37,225 nucleotides of DNA from a candidate division WOR-3 bacterium (GCA_027053075.1 JALUEE010000069.1:1-37225), one strand, 5' to 3'; shown: positions 17,920-28,391, counted from the first letter of the stretch. Notes: generated by a model not told the origin, from the letters alone. Numbers and translations: made by a program.

Positions 17920-18434
17920 CACTCGAAGAAATTAAAGCCATACTCAAAGAAATTCGGGACTTTCTTTCATCGGATGAGCAAAAATTCAGTATTGACGATG
18001 TAAAAGAGCTCATTCAGCTTTTAGAGGAGCATGGATTAGAAGAGATCGAAGTGGAAACCCTGTTTAACAAGGTGAGGGTGGTAAAATCGAGGCCCGTCCC
18101 CCAGGCAGTCCCTGCTGTAGCACAGGCTCAGGCACCCAAGCCTCCAGAGGAAGAGAAGAAGGTGGAGGAGAAGAAGGTTGAAGAGGGAGAAAAGCTCCAC
18201 GAGATCAAATCCCCTATAGTTGGAACCTTCTACCGCAGGCCATATCCTGGTGCCGAGCCATACGTGAAAGAGGGGGACCACGTGAGGAAGGGACAGGTCC
18301 TCTGCATCGTCGAGGCCATGAAAATTATGAATGAGATCGAATCCGATGTGGATGGGACTATTGTAAAAATTATCCCGGAGGACGCTTCTCCTGTAGGCTA
18401 CGGAGATACACTATTCCTGATAAAACCGGATTGA
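17916..18434 (+). CDS. accB: Acetyl-CoA carboxylase biotin carboxyl carrier protein
   Basis: IKSPIVGTFYR, biotinylation motif IVEAMKIMNEIES, Ala/Pro linker. Confidence 0.95.
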   Translation: MTLEEIKAILKEIRDFLSSDEQKFSIDDVKELIQLLEEHGLEEIEVETLFNKVRVVKSRPVPQAVPAVAQAQAPKPPEEEKKVEEKKVEEGEKLHEIKSPIVGTFYRRPYPGAEPYVKEGDHVRKGQVLCIVEAMKIMNEIESDVDGTIVKIIPEDASPVGYGDTLFLIKPD

Positions 18435-19594
18435 TCTTCAGAGATTTCGTTTTAAAAGACCCTCTACTGAGGTTCCTTCATCACCTCTCCAACGGCTACA
18501 AGCTCTATGCCGTTGGAGGCATTGTAAGAGACTATCTCCTCGGTCGAAAATCTCTGGACTACGATATTGTTGTCGTCGGAAATTTCAGAGACATCGTAAA
18601 TGAATTTTTAAAGAAATATGGTGGAAAGCTTATCCAGATCACGGAGTTCGGCACTGCCAAGATAAAGCTGGACGGAATAGTAGTCGATATTGCAAGGGCA
18701 AGAAAGGAAAGCTATCCTGAGCCCGGCTCTCTACCGGTGGTCAAACCTTCAAACAACATCTTCGAAGACCTAAAGAGACGTGATTTTACCATAAATGCTA
18801 TGGCCATATCCCTTAATTTAAACGATGTTGGCCGGCTTATTGACCCTTTCAGTGGCTACGAAGATTTATTCGAAAGAAAACTCCTGCGTGTTTTAAAGGA
18901 CAGAAGCTTTTATGATGACCCAACCCGTGCCTTCCGGGGAGTAAGGTACAAAAACCGATTTGAGCTCCAATACGAGAACAGAATTCTAAAACAGGAAATC
19001 CCTTTCGCTCTTGAGATCTTACCACGTATCTCATTTGCAAGGGTCAGGAACGAGCTCGAGAGAACCGCCATAGAGGAAAAGAGGGCCGATATGTTTAAAG
19101 AAATCAAGAGGTTTGGTCTCCTTGACCATCTTGGAGAGAGACTTGACGCCCCTGATACGTCTTTTGATAGGTTAGACGAGATACTCACTGACTTATCATC
19201 CGAGCACTGGCTGCCTTTCACCCTGCTCGTTGTACAATTAAGAGAAGACCTTCCTGACCTGAAAAGGCATGAAAAACATGTAATTAAAACATTCCGTGAA
19301 TTTTTGAAGCGCGAAATTCCTGATGACCCTATCAAAATTCATGAGATGTTTTACAATGTTGATGAAATAATTCCGCTCCTTATTGGCCTCATAAAGGGGA
19401 AGGAGATCCTTGTGGACTATTACCATGCCCGGAAGCAGGTTAAAATCCACGTAAGTGGAGATGTTCTTGTAAGTTCCGGCATCAGGAAGGAAAATATCAG
19501 GAGGTTCCTGATCGAGTTATTTGTAAAAAAGTGGCTCGGTGAAATCAAATCAAAGGACGAGGAGCTTAACTTCATAAAGAAATGGACCTCCTGA
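18431..19594 (+). CDS. Class II tRNA nucleotidyltransferase (CCA- or A-adding)
   Basis: AVGGIVRD.LLG..SLDYDIVV, FGTA, EDLKRRDFTINAMA, DPFSG..DL, SFYDDPTR. Confidence 0.9.
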   Translation: MIFRDFVLKDPLLRFLHHLSNGYKLYAVGGIVRDYLLGRKSLDYDIVVVGNFRDIVNEFLKKYGGKLIQITEFGTAKIKLDGIVVDIARARKESYPEPGSLPVVKPSNNIFEDLKRRDFTINAMAISLNLNDVGRLIDPFSGYEDLFERKLLRVLKDRSFYDDPTRAFRGVRYKNRFELQYENRILKQEIPFALEILPRISFARVRNELERTAIEEKRADMFKEIKRFGLLDHLGERLDAPDTSFDRLDEILTDLSSEHWLPFTLLVVQLREDLPDLKRHEKHVIKTFREFLKREIPDDPIKIHEMFYNVDEIIPLLIGLIKGKEILVDYYHARKQVKIHVSGDVLVSSGIRKENIRRFLIELFVKKWLGEIKSKDEELNFIKKWTS

Positions 19595-21006
19595 GAGAAG
19601 AATGTGGCATCTTTGGTGCCTATGATTTTGATGGTAAAAACGTGAACCTTGACCTTTTCTACGGCTTATTTGCGCTTCAGCACAGGGGACAGGAAGGTGC
19701 AGGATTTGCGCTGTACGACGGTGAGAAAATATCCCTTTACAGAAATCTCGGACTGATCAGCAGTGTTTTTCATAGTGGAAGAATAGGAGAGAAAAAAGGG
19801 TTCCTCGGAATTGCCCACACGAGGTATTCAACTCAGGGGAAATCCAAGAGGCTTGAGAACCTGCAGCCTATCACCGTCTCCCATTCCAACCGCATTGTTT
19901 CTCTCGCTCACAACGGTAATCTTTCTAATTATCTACAGCTCAGAAGGGAAATTGAAAGATCAGGGGGAATTCTTGTCACAGATACAGACAGCGAGATTTT
20001 TCTTCATCTTTACCTGAGGCCATGCAGGGTTAAGGAGCATACGGAGGTTGACGAGATTATCTGCCGGATCAATCAGGCAGCCAGTAAGATCAGGGGAGCC
20101 TACTCGATCATAATGATTGACCACAACAACCTCATTGGTTTCCGGGACCCGCACGGTTTTAGACCTCTCGTATTGGGGAAGAAAGGCAATCGGTACTATC
20201 TGGCATCTGAAACATCCTCCTTTGATGCTCTTGGGGCAGAATTTGTACGGGATATTGAACCCGGTGAGATAGTTATCATAAATCCAGACTATGGCATTTT
20301 AAGCGGCAGGATTGGACTCCCTTATCCGCGCTCCCAGTGTGTTTTCGAGCTCATCTATTTCTCCCGGCAGGACAGTGTTATATTTGGTGAGAGTGTGTAT
20401 GAATTCAGGAAAAAGAGTGGTGAAAAACTGGCAGAAAAAGAAAAGGTTAAGGATATAGACCTCGTGGTTCCCATTCCCGATTCTGGATTTCCTGCGGCTC
20501 TTGGCTATGCTCAGAAGTCCGGGAAACCCCTGGAGCTGGGGCTCATAAGGAGCCATTATGTTGGAAGAAGTTTTATTGAGCCCACGCAGTTTGACAGGGT
20601 AAGTGCTGTCAGAATGAAGCTCATGCCTGTCTCAAAGGTCCTACAGGGAAAATCTGTGGTATTGATTGATGACTCCATTGTGCGGGGTACAACATCAAGG
20701 GATATTGTTAAAATGGTCTTTGATTATGGCGCCCGCGAGGTACATCTGAGAATTGCGTCTCCACCGATAATTTCTCAGTGCTTTTTCGGGGTTGATACAC
20801 CCACAAAAGAGGAGCTAATCGCTGCTCAAAAGAGCGTGGACGAAGTGCGGGAGTTTGTTGGTGCAACCTCCCTTCAATACCTATCCGTGGATGACCTTAA
20901 GGAAATCCTTGGAGAAAAGGCAGAAGATTTCTGCTTTTCGTGCTTTACAGGTAGATACAAGAGAAACACTATTCCCAAAAGTGAGTCTTTATTTCAAAAA
21001 CTATAA
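19582..21006 (+). CDS. purF: Amidophosphoribosyltransferase (propeptide, Fe-S type)
   Basis: REE/CGIFG, LQHRGQE, HTRYST, AHNGNL, PIPDSG, IDDSIVRGTT, Fe-S cysteines CVFE, CFFGVD, CFSCF. Confidence 0.97.
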   Translation: MDLLREECGIFGAYDFDGKNVNLDLFYGLFALQHRGQEGAGFALYDGEKISLYRNLGLISSVFHSGRIGEKKGFLGIAHTRYSTQGKSKRLENLQPITVSHSNRIVSLAHNGNLSNYLQLRREIERSGGILVTDTDSEIFLHLYLRPCRVKEHTEVDEIICRINQAASKIRGAYSIIMIDHNNLIGFRDPHGFRPLVLGKKGNRYYLASETSSFDALGAEFVRDIEPGEIVIINPDYGILSGRIGLPYPRSQCVFELIYFSRQDSVIFGESVYEFRKKSGEKLAEKEKVKDIDLVVPIPDSGFPAALGYAQKSGKPLELGLIRSHYVGRSFIEPTQFDRVSAVRMKLMPVSKVLQGKSVVLIDDSIVRGTTSRDIVKMVFDYGAREVHLRIASPPIISQCFFGVDTPTKEELIAAQKSVDEVREFVGATSLQYLSVDDLKEILGEKAEDFCFSCFTGRYKRNTIPKSESLFQKL

Positions 21007-21045
21007 ATCGCAAGATAAAGGTGCTTACGAGCACCCCCATCATTT

Positions 21046-24000
21046 TCATGAAGAGAAGATTTCTTCAATTTCCTCAGGAGTCAGAGACTGGATAACCGTT
21101 CTATCATCAGGGATTACGTCTCTTACCAGTTTCTTCTTTTTCTCCTGTAGTCTCAAAATCTTTTCCTCAACTGTATCACGGGTTATGAGTTTATAAACAA
21201 AGACCGTCTTTTTCTGACCGATTCTGTGGGTTCTATCCATTGCCTGATTTTCCACAGCGGGATTCCACCAGGGATCAAATATCACCACGTAGTCTGCCCG
21301 AGTGAGATTTATTCCCACACCACCGGCTTTGAGACTCAGTAAAAATACTGGATATTTGCCCGTATTGAATTTATCGATGAGTTTCTGACGGTCTGGTGTG
21401 CTTCCATCGAGGTAGAGATAAGGGATATCGATGTCAGTTACTACATTTTCGATCATTTTAAGCATTTTAACAAACTGGCTGAAGATTAGAACCCTGTGTC
21501 CGGACTCGACTATTTCCAAAATCATATCCTTTAATGCATCTAATTTCACACTTTTATCCGGCAATCTCTCGTCCACGAGCCGGGGATGGAGACAGAGCTG
21601 TCGGAGTCTCAATAGATAAGTCAGTACTTTGAATTTGTACTTCTGTTCGGTGAGCTCTTCCTTGTCCTTTTCCATTTCCTCTTTGATGGAAAGCAGCATG
21701 GATTCGTAGATTTTCCTCTGCTCTTTTGGCATATCAAGGAAGACCACCTGCTCTATTTTTGGAGGTAACTGCTTTAGGACCTTTTCCTTGGTCCGTCTCA
21801 AAATAAACGGGGATATCTTCTTTTTAAGGAGGTCCAGCCTACCAGCCTTTCGGATGTATTTCTCTCTAAAGCTTTCATAGGTGCCAAGAAGGCCTGGCAT
21901 AATAAAATCAAAGATAGACCAGAGCTCCACAAGAGAATTTTCGATAGGGGTTCCTGTCAAGGCAAGTCTGAAATCTGCCTGCAGTTTTTTCACAGCTCTG
22001 GCCCTTTTTGAGCGTGGATTTTTGATTGCCTGGGCCTCGTCAAGAATAGCAAATCTAAATTGTTTTCCTGTGAATTTATCACTATGTTTTTGAGCAAGGT
22101 TATAAGAGGTTATGTAAACTTCCCCGGGGTTAAATTCCTCCGGTATTTTAGAACCCGCCTTAATTACGTGTGCCCTGATCTCCGGTGCAAATTTTTCAAT
22201 CTCCAGTTTCCAGTTTTCTATAACTGTTGTTGGAGCAATAACCAGGCATGGTTTATCAGACCTGTCTTTAGCGATGAGTGCTATTACCTGAGCTGTTTTT
22301 CCGAGCCCCATATCATCTGCCAGGATTCCCCCAAAGCCGTTCTTCAGCAAAGAATAAAGCCAGTAAAAACCCTCCTTCTGGTAATCCCTCAAAGGATATC
22401 GGAGGTCAGGCAGGGGGACTTCTTTTAATTTCTGGAGATTTTTTAAGGACTTGATAATCTTTTTAGCTTCCCTGTCAAAACTAACATATCGGGTATCCGG
22501 GACACCGAGAATCTCGTATTTCGATATTTTACGACTGGGTTTTTCAACAAGTCCAAAGGTCTGAAGCAGTTCTGATAACGCTTCATCCTGTTTGTCATTT
22601 ACCACAATTGTCCCGTCTGTCAGGTTTATCCATTCGAGCCCTTCAGCCACCATCTTTCTAATGGCAGTCTGGTCATCCAATTCCAGGGGAGCATCCGCTG
22701 TGATGGTTGTTTTTGCTTCAAACCAGTCTATGTCAGATTTTATAGAGACGTTAAAATTGTAGTCTGATAGTGTTTTGATTTTTCTTTTCTCCCTGCCATA
22801 AAGCACAATTGCTCCGAGTTTGGCAATCTCCGGGAGAATGAATTTTAAAAAATCAATAAAGTCGTTCCTTGATGAAAGTGAGAATATCCCCATGGTGTTC
22901 AAAGATATTCCGTGTCGACCCAAAATCTTTCTGAGCTTTTTTATGAGGGTTTCCTCATATTTTAAATCCCGTTGGGCAATACCTCCCTCTAAATGCAAAA
23001 GCTTCATTTTTTTCTCAGGCCTGATAGTCGTTTTGCCATACTCAAACTCAACCGTCCCGACATAACGTCTTGAAAGTCCTATGCTGTCGTCAAATATGGT
23101 TATCACCAGTCTGGGTCTTATCTTCTGGAGAATTTCTTTCTCAATTAGCTCAAAACCGGCTCTTTTGAAAATTTCCTTAACCTCATCCAGCTCACTACTT
23201 TCAATTTTAATTCCTTTAGAAAGCCTGTAGTAAAAATCACTATGATTGATGGAAAGATTGGTGAGTTTGAATACACCCTCATCTGGATAAATGTGGAAAA
23301 AATAGGGTTTGACGTGAATCGTGGGTAAATATGGTAGAAGTGTAACACCCTCTGGGCCTTTGATTGCGAGAACTTTAAAAGGTTCCGGCTCAAAATCCAG
23401 TTTTTTCAGTACGTCTATATCTTTTATTTCCCCTTTGGACCTGAAACGGAAAATCTTGTAGGGATAGTCTTTGAGCTCCCTCAGAGCCAATCCCACAGGA
23501 TCCCCTAACTTTCTGTCTCTTATAAACAGCAAAAGGCCTCGATTTTCAGGAGATACCTTTTCAAAGGTTTTGTCTGCTGGATTCCATGATGCAAATTCAA
23601 TTCCGTGCTTTGTTTCTTTCACACCCACAATTTTCAATTCCGAATCGAATTCACCATCACTGATTTGACGTACCTCAACGAAAATTGCTGGGAAAGTCCC
23701 GTTTTTAGCCTTTACCTCCTGAGGTTCAAGTTCGTTTTTTATAAATTCCACTTCAGATTTTCCGTTGATTTTGAGCCGTCTCTCTATCTCGTCCATTGCA
23801 CTGTAGCAGGTCGCAACCATATGCTTGCAGATAAACCCCTGTCTTGCATAAGGACAGCTACAATACAACCGCCAGTCGGGACGCAAAATAACAAAGTAGT
23901 TTTTCTTTCCTGAAACTTCAGCTTCAACTTTCAGCTGTCCTCTGGGACCTTCGGAGATGACCAGTTCTTTTACTTTTTTTCGAACGTAATAATCCCACCC

Positions 24001-24075
24001 TCTTTCCCTGATCCTTCTGTCAGCTTCCTTTATAAGTTCCTTGCAAAAGTTAAGAAATTCTTTTTCCTTCTCCAT
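21046..24075 (-). CDS. SWIM zinc finger plus SNF2-family helicase/ATPase
   Basis: CSCP...CKH SWIM motif, LRDYQ, ILADDMGLGKT, LDEAQAIKN, ALTGTPIEN, LRRTK, FSQF, SLKAGGVGINLT, DPWWNPAVE.QAMDRTHRIGQ. Confidence 0.95.
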   Translation of the reverse strand: MEKEKEFLNFCKELIKEADRRIRERGWDYYVRKKVKELVISEGPRGQLKVEAEVSGKKNYFVILRPDWRLYCSCPYARQGFICKHMVATCYSAMDEIERRLKINGKSEVEFIKNELEPQEVKAKNGTFPAIFVEVRQISDGEFDSELKIVGVKETKHGIEFASWNPADKTFEKVSPENRGLLLFIRDRKLGDPVGLALRELKDYPYKIFRFRSKGEIKDIDVLKKLDFEPEPFKVLAIKGPEGVTLLPYLPTIHVKPYFFHIYPDEGVFKLTNLSINHSDFYYRLSKGIKIESSELDEVKEIFKRAGFELIEKEILQKIRPRLVITIFDDSIGLSRRYVGTVEFEYGKTTIRPEKKMKLLHLEGGIAQRDLKYEETLIKKLRKILGRHGISLNTMGIFSLSSRNDFIDFLKFILPEIAKLGAIVLYGREKRKIKTLSDYNFNVSIKSDIDWFEAKTTITADAPLELDDQTAIRKMVAEGLEWINLTDGTIVVNDKQDEALSELLQTFGLVEKPSRKISKYEILGVPDTRYVSFDREAKKIIKSLKNLQKLKEVPLPDLRYPLRDYQKEGFYWLYSLLKNGFGGILADDMGLGKTAQVIALIAKDRSDKPCLVIAPTTVIENWKLEIEKFAPEIRAHVIKAGSKIPEEFNPGEVYITSYNLAQKHSDKFTGKQFRFAILDEAQAIKNPRSKRARAVKKLQADFRLALTGTPIENSLVELWSIFDFIMPGLLGTYESFREKYIRKAGRLDLLKKKISPFILRRTKEKVLKQLPPKIEQVVFLDMPKEQRKIYESMLLSIKEEMEKDKEELTEQKYKFKVLTYLLRLRQLCLHPRLVDERLPDKSVKLDALKDMILEIVESGHRVLIFSQFVKMLKMIENVVTDIDIPYLYLDGSTPDRQKLIDKFNTGKYPVFLLSLKAGGVGINLTRADYVVIFDPWWNPAVENQAMDRTHRIGQKKTVFVYKLITRDTVEEKILRLQEKKKKLVRDVIPDDRTVIQSLTPEEIEEIFSS

Positions 24076-25724
24076 CAGTACTTAAAACTACTCCCTCCTA
24101 TAAATTCACGAAGAATAGAGGTCGGGGGTACCTCTGTGGGCATTATACCGAGGAAGTGAGAAAGAATGGAGAGCAACCTCACTGCATCGGCATATTCAGG
24201 ATTATCAGGAGTTACCTGCTCAAGCATAGCATCAGCGTAGAGCTTTAAAACTGCCATCTCATAAACAAGGGATGAGTTGAACATCACATCGGCATTCTCC
24301 TGATACGGGAATATATGCTTCTCCTCATTTTTACGTACATTTGGCCACATTCTGAGAGTGTCGAGTGCGGAATGCCCGCGGAAAAGCTTATCCCTCACAA
24401 TCCTCCTTATTAGCCTTGTATCCGAGGTGGAAATCCTGTTGTGCGCATCAACGCTCAGCTGGGTCAGTGCACTAACATAGATTCTAAATTTGGCCTCGTC
24501 TGGAACAAGCTCGCTGAGCCTTGGATTCAGTCCATGTATCCCTTCAATGACTATGATGTCTCCTTTAGCAAGCTTTAGTTTCTTCTCAATCCCCACTCTT
24601 TTGCCCTTTTTAAAATCAAATTTTGGGATGGCAACCTCCTTACCGGCCAAGAGATCGCGTAAGTGTTCATTTATCAGCTTTAAGTCCAGGGCTTCAATGG
24701 AATCAAAGTCATAGTTTCCATTTTCATCCCTCGGGGTTTTATCACGGTCAAGGAAATAGTTGTCCAGTGAGATGACCACGGGATTTTTCTCGTTTACCCT
24801 GAGCTGGACCCCAAGTCTCTTGGCAAAGGTGGTTTTACCAGAGGAGGATGGGCCTGCAATAAGAACCAGCCTTATCTTACCATACTCCCTTGTTATCTCA
24901 TCTGCAATCTGGGCAATCCTCTTTTCGTGAAGCGCCTCTGCAATCTTGATGAAGTCGGAGACATCTCCGGTAGTGATTACCTCATTCAAAGAGCCTGCGT
25001 CGTTCACTCCAAGAATCCTCGCCCATCTTGATGATTCTTCAAATGTTTTAAAAAGCTTTGGAGATTCTCTTAGGGGGCCTATCCGAGAGGGATCATGCTC
25101 ATCGGGAAGAAGTACGATCATTCCCGGTTTTTTAACGAGCAGATCAAATTTTTTCAGCACACCGGTTCTGTGCACAAGAGGAATGTAAGAGTAGTCCACA
25201 TAGTCCTTGATAGTGAAGGTACAGATTCTCTGATGCTCCGGAAGGTAACGAAAGAGTCTCACAGCATCGCCCCTCGTAGGGTCGTGTTTGAAAAATTTGA
25301 GAGCCGTCTCCTCATCAACAACATCCACAGGGATTTCAACGTTTTCATCTATCACCCTTTGCATCTCGGATTTGAGCTTCTGAAGGAGCCCCTCGTTGAT
25401 CTCTCTACCCTCTATTTCACAGTAGATTCCGTTGTTGTAAGAATGCAGGACGTAGAGCTTTGCATCAGGGGCAACTTTATTAAGGGCATAGCCGAGGAGG
25501 AAGGTGAGACTCCTCTCATACATCCTGTATCCGTCTTTTGTGTCAATTTTTAATAGTTCCAGCGAGCCGTCTGAATAAACTCTGTAATTTAACGAAACAA
25601 CTTTATTGTCAAATCGTGCCCCGATTACATCAGGCCCTATTTTATCAAGAAAATCAACTATGCGTGAGCCAGATGGACGTGTTACCTTTTGCCCATCTTC
25701 CAGTGTTAGAGTTACGTCCTTCAT
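24075..25724 (-). CDS. Nucleoside (uridine) kinase/PRK-family protein with N-terminal ThrRS-like (TGS + N2) domain
   Basis: N-terminal TGS-like region and [10 protein letters not shown]-terminal [52 protein letters not shown]. Confidence 0.85.
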   Translation of the reverse strand: MKDVTLTLEDGQKVTRPSGSRIVDFLDKIGPDVIGARFDNKVVSLNYRVYSDGSLELLKIDTKDGYRMYERSLTFLLGYALNKVAPDAKLYVLHSYNNGIYCEIEGREINEGLLQKLKSEMQRVIDENVEIPVDVVDEETALKFFKHDPTRGDAVRLFRYLPEHQRICTFTIKDYVDYSYIPLVHRTGVLKKFDLLVKKPGMIVLLPDEHDPSRIGPLRESPKLFKTFEESSRWARILGVNDAGSLNEVITTGDVSDFIKIAEALHEKRIAQIADEITREYGKIRLVLIAGPSSSGKTTFAKRLGVQLRVNEKNPVVISLDNYFLDRDKTPRDENGNYDFDSIEALDLKLINEHLRDLLAGKEVAIPKFDFKKGKRVGIEKKLKLAKGDIIVIEGIHGLNPRLSELVPDEAKFRIYVSALTQLSVDAHNRISTSDTRLIRRIVRDKLFRGHSALDTLRMWPNVRKNEEKHIFPYQENADVMFNSSLVYEMAVLKLYADAMLEQVTPDNPEYADAVRLLSILSHFLGIMPTEVPPTSILREFIGGSSFKY

Positions 25725-26227
25725 GACTTTGCCTCCCTGAGCTTCTTGATGGTATGAGGAATGAGGCCTCCGTCTTCAAAAATTTCCATTACAGATTTGG
25801 GGAATGGTGGAAATTTGAAAACGCCTTTTGAAGACCTGATCTCTCCCTTTTCCACATCAATCTCCACTTCATCACCTGCCTCAAGGGCATCGGATGCCTC
25901 CGGTGAGACAATAGCCAGAAGTCCGTTGTTTATCGCATTCCTGTAGAAAATCCTTGCAAAAGATTTGGCAATAACGGCTCCGACTCCAGCAGCAACAAGA
26001 CAAATTGCCGCCTGCTCCCTCGATGAGCCCATACCAAAATTTTTACCGGCAACAATCACGTCTCCCGGCTGCACCTTCTTGGCAAAATCCGGGTCGAGGT
26101 CTTCAAGGGCATGCTTTGCCATCTCCTCTGGTGTCATTATGGAATAAGTGTATTTTCCGGGGAAAATCACATCTGTGTTGATGTCGTCACCATACTTCCA
26201 GACTCTTCCTTTAATTATTTTTCCCAT
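25721..26227 (-). CDS. leuD: 3-isopropylmalate dehydratase/homoaconitase small subunit (LeuD type 2)
   Basis: [53 protein letters not shown]. Confidence 0.9.
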   Translation of the reverse strand: MGKIIKGRVWKYGDDINTDVIFPGKYTYSIMTPEEMAKHALEDLDPDFAKKVQPGDVIVAGKNFGMGSSREQAAICLVAAGVGAVIAKSFARIFYRNAINNGLLAIVSPEASDALEAGDEVEIDVEKGEIRSSKGVFKFPPFPKSVMEIFEDGGLIPHTIKKLREAKS

Positions 26228-26894
26228 GGTTACCTCCTATGCCAATTATTGACCACATTAAGCCTTTTATCATCCTCTCTCGCCTGAATGAATAAAATAA
26301 AGGAGACGAGTACGTATCTCCAGGTGGTGGAACAAATTCTTCGATTCCTTCCTCTTCAAGCTGAGCAATATTCTCTTTCAGGAGGTCAAGAAAGATGCGG
26401 CCATCCTTTCTCACCAGACCGTGGTTAAAAAACCGGGCCACATCCTCCCCTACCTCGTAATGTTCACCTGAAATTCCAGGGCCAAATACAGCAATTAAAT
26501 TTGATGGTTCAATACCTCTCAATTTTTTAATGAGCCTCACCGCTTTCCTCGCAATTTCCGCTTTTGTGCCGCGCCACCCGGCATGCACCACCGAAGCGAC
26601 CTTTGAATCCTTATCAAGAATAAAAATCGGGTAACAGTCCGCAGTCTTCACAGCTACAAAAAGCCCCTTTTCAAAGGTAATGAGTCCATCTCCATCCACA
26701 CCTTCCTGCGGGAAATAACGGTTGATGATGAAAACTCTATCACTGTGTACCTGATGAAGATTTACTGGCTTCTCTTTAAACCCATCTGCCCGAAGAGGGG
26801 CAAATCCATCTGTGGTGGTAACAAAAAGCACAGTATCACCGATTTTCATTCTGAAGTACTTTCCAGCGGAATTTTCCACAAGTTGCCACTTCAA
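26211..26894 (-). CDS. pgeF: PgeF/YfiH family (peptidoglycan editing factor, purine nucleoside phosphorylase/laccase domain)
   Basis: QVHS, DGLIT, TADC.PI, VHAGWRG, GPGIS..YEVG, FYSFRR. Confidence 0.88.
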   Translation of the reverse strand: MKWQLVENSAGKYFRMKIGDTVLFVTTTDGFAPLRADGFKEKPVNLHQVHSDRVFIINRYFPQEGVDGDGLITFEKGLFVAVKTADCYPIFILDKDSKVASVVHAGWRGTKAEIARKAVRLIKKLRGIEPSNLIAVFGPGISGEHYEVGEDVARFFNHGLVRKDGRIFLDLLKENIAQLEEEGIEEFVPPPGDTYSSPLFYSFRRERMIKGLMWSIIGIGGNHGKNN

Positions 26895-27604
26895 ATTAAC
26901 TCCTCCTCGGCAAATCTCTGATAGAGAATCTTGGATTTCCTGTAGATTTCTCTCTTGGGCACACCTGTAATTCTCGAGATTACTGAGGCTGATACATGTC
27001 TATCACCCATGATATCGTTGTAAAAATAAACAAAAGCCGCAGCCCAGGAATCTTTGTTGCCCTTAAAGCCATGGGTTGCCCTTTTCAAAATCTTGTAAAT
27101 ATAGGGCAGGGCCTGATCATTTACACTCTTTCCCATACCCAATTGATCAAAGATCAGAACAATCTGCGCAATTACCGGGTCGCGCTCAATATCAAGCTGG
27201 ACAAACTCCTCAATTTTCTCCTCTGAGAATTCCTCGATCTGTTCTATAAATCTGAAGAGGGGCTCGAAGTCCGGGTCTCTCCTGAATCGTTCTGCATGGG
27301 GGTACATGATTTCCATGGCCCGTGGAACGTCTCCTGATAGGATATAAATCTCCACAAGCTGCCTGGCATCGCGGTAAATTTCGGGATTTAGAAACTTTTT
27401 GCCGATTTCCAGTGCAGTTGCATAGTCTCCTGCATCAAGAAGAATGTCGATAATTTCAAATAAAAGCTGGTTGTATTCACCGGTTCGCCCCACATTTTCA
27501 ATCCTTACAGACAGCTCTTTAGCGTAACGGGTGAGAGTCTCTAAATTGTCATCCTTGTAGGCTTTGATGAACTTCTCGTAAAGTTTGTTCGTGATATCAT
27601 CCAT
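26891..27604 (-). CDS. Hypothetical protein; helical/TPR-like N-terminus and putative TFIIB-like helical/HTH C-terminus
   Basis: 237-aa ORF overlapping both neighbours in the operon. C-terminus SWAAAFVY...VSASVISRITGVPKREIYRKSKIL. Confidence 0.7.
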   Translation of the reverse strand: MDDITNKLYEKFIKAYKDDNLETLTRYAKELSVRIENVGRTGEYNQLLFEIIDILLDAGDYATALEIGKKFLNPEIYRDARQLVEIYILSGDVPRAMEIMYPHAERFRRDPDFEPLFRFIEQIEEFSEEKIEEFVQLDIERDPVIAQIVLIFDQLGMGKSVNDQALPYIYKILKRATHGFKGNKDSWAAAFVYFYNDIMGDRHVSASVISRITGVPKREIYRKSKILYQRFAEEELI

Positions 27605-28391
27605 TTTTGATTACCAGCACCCGGGGCATTCCATTGTAGTCTTTAAATAGCTCATAATCCCTCAATTCTTTCACAAGTTCAGTAGCGGTAAACGGGTTAA
27701 TTTCCATTATAATGTATCCCGGTTTTTTCAGTCTATTTTTTGCCTGATTTATCAACTGGAAAGAGAGTTCGAGGCCTTTCTTGCCTCCATAGAGTGCAAT
27801 TTGTGGCTCAAATCTCCGAAACTCACCTAAAGGCTCATTCTCTCCAAGGTACGGTGGGTTTGAAACCACAAGGTCAAATTTATCATCAAAACAAGAGAGA
27901 AGGTCGCACTGGACAAAATTTATCCTGACCTTGTGTGATGCCGCGTTTTTTCGGGCTACCTCAAGAGCCTCAAAGGATATGTCTGTTGCAGTAACCTCAA
28001 GCTGCGGAAACTCTTTTTTGAGAGTTATGGCAATGATACCGGAGCCCGTTCCAACATCAACGATTTTTTTCAGCGAATATTCCCTGATGGTGGAAATTGC
28101 CTTTATCACCAAAAGTTCAGTTTCAACCCGCGGAATTAAGACGTGCTCATTGACTATAAACACTCTGCCATAAAAGAGGGCTTTCCCGAGTATATACTGG
28201 ACAGGTCTGCCAGTTTTTATGCGTTCTCTGACAATCTTACTGAGCTTTTCAAAAATACCGTGTGGAATTCCAGAGGCTCGTGCTTCCACAAGGGATATGT
28301 TAAACTCAAGCTTGAGAACCGTGTCTATTTCCGCCTCGGGATTGGGAGAATGGGGTCTAAGGGATTCTATGAGTTCCTTTAGCTTATTCAA
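27597..28391 (-). CDS. prmC: Release factor glutamine methyltransferase
   Basis: PVQYILG..FYG..F.V...VLIPRVETELLV, VDVGTGSG, VSNPPY, EP..AL.GG..GL. Confidence 0.95.
   Translation of the reverse strand: MNKLKELIESLRPHSPNPEAEIDTVLKLEFNISLVEARASGIPHGIFEKLSKIVRERIKTGRPVQYILGKALFYGRVFIVNEHVLIPRVETELLVIKAISTIREYSLKKIVDVGTGSGIIAITLKKEFPQLEVTATDISFEALEVARKNAASHKVRINFVQCDLLSCFDDKFDLVVSNPPYLGENEPLGEFRRFEPQIALYGGKKGLELSFQLINQAKNRLKKPGYIIMEINPFTATELVKELRDYELFKDYNGMPRVLVIKNG

Noticed and set aside
21046..24075. SNF2 helicase as part of an anti-phage defence system
   Set aside because: No methylase, nuclease or other defence gene is nearby. The SWIM-SNF2 architecture in a housekeeping operon fits the widespread chromosomal family.
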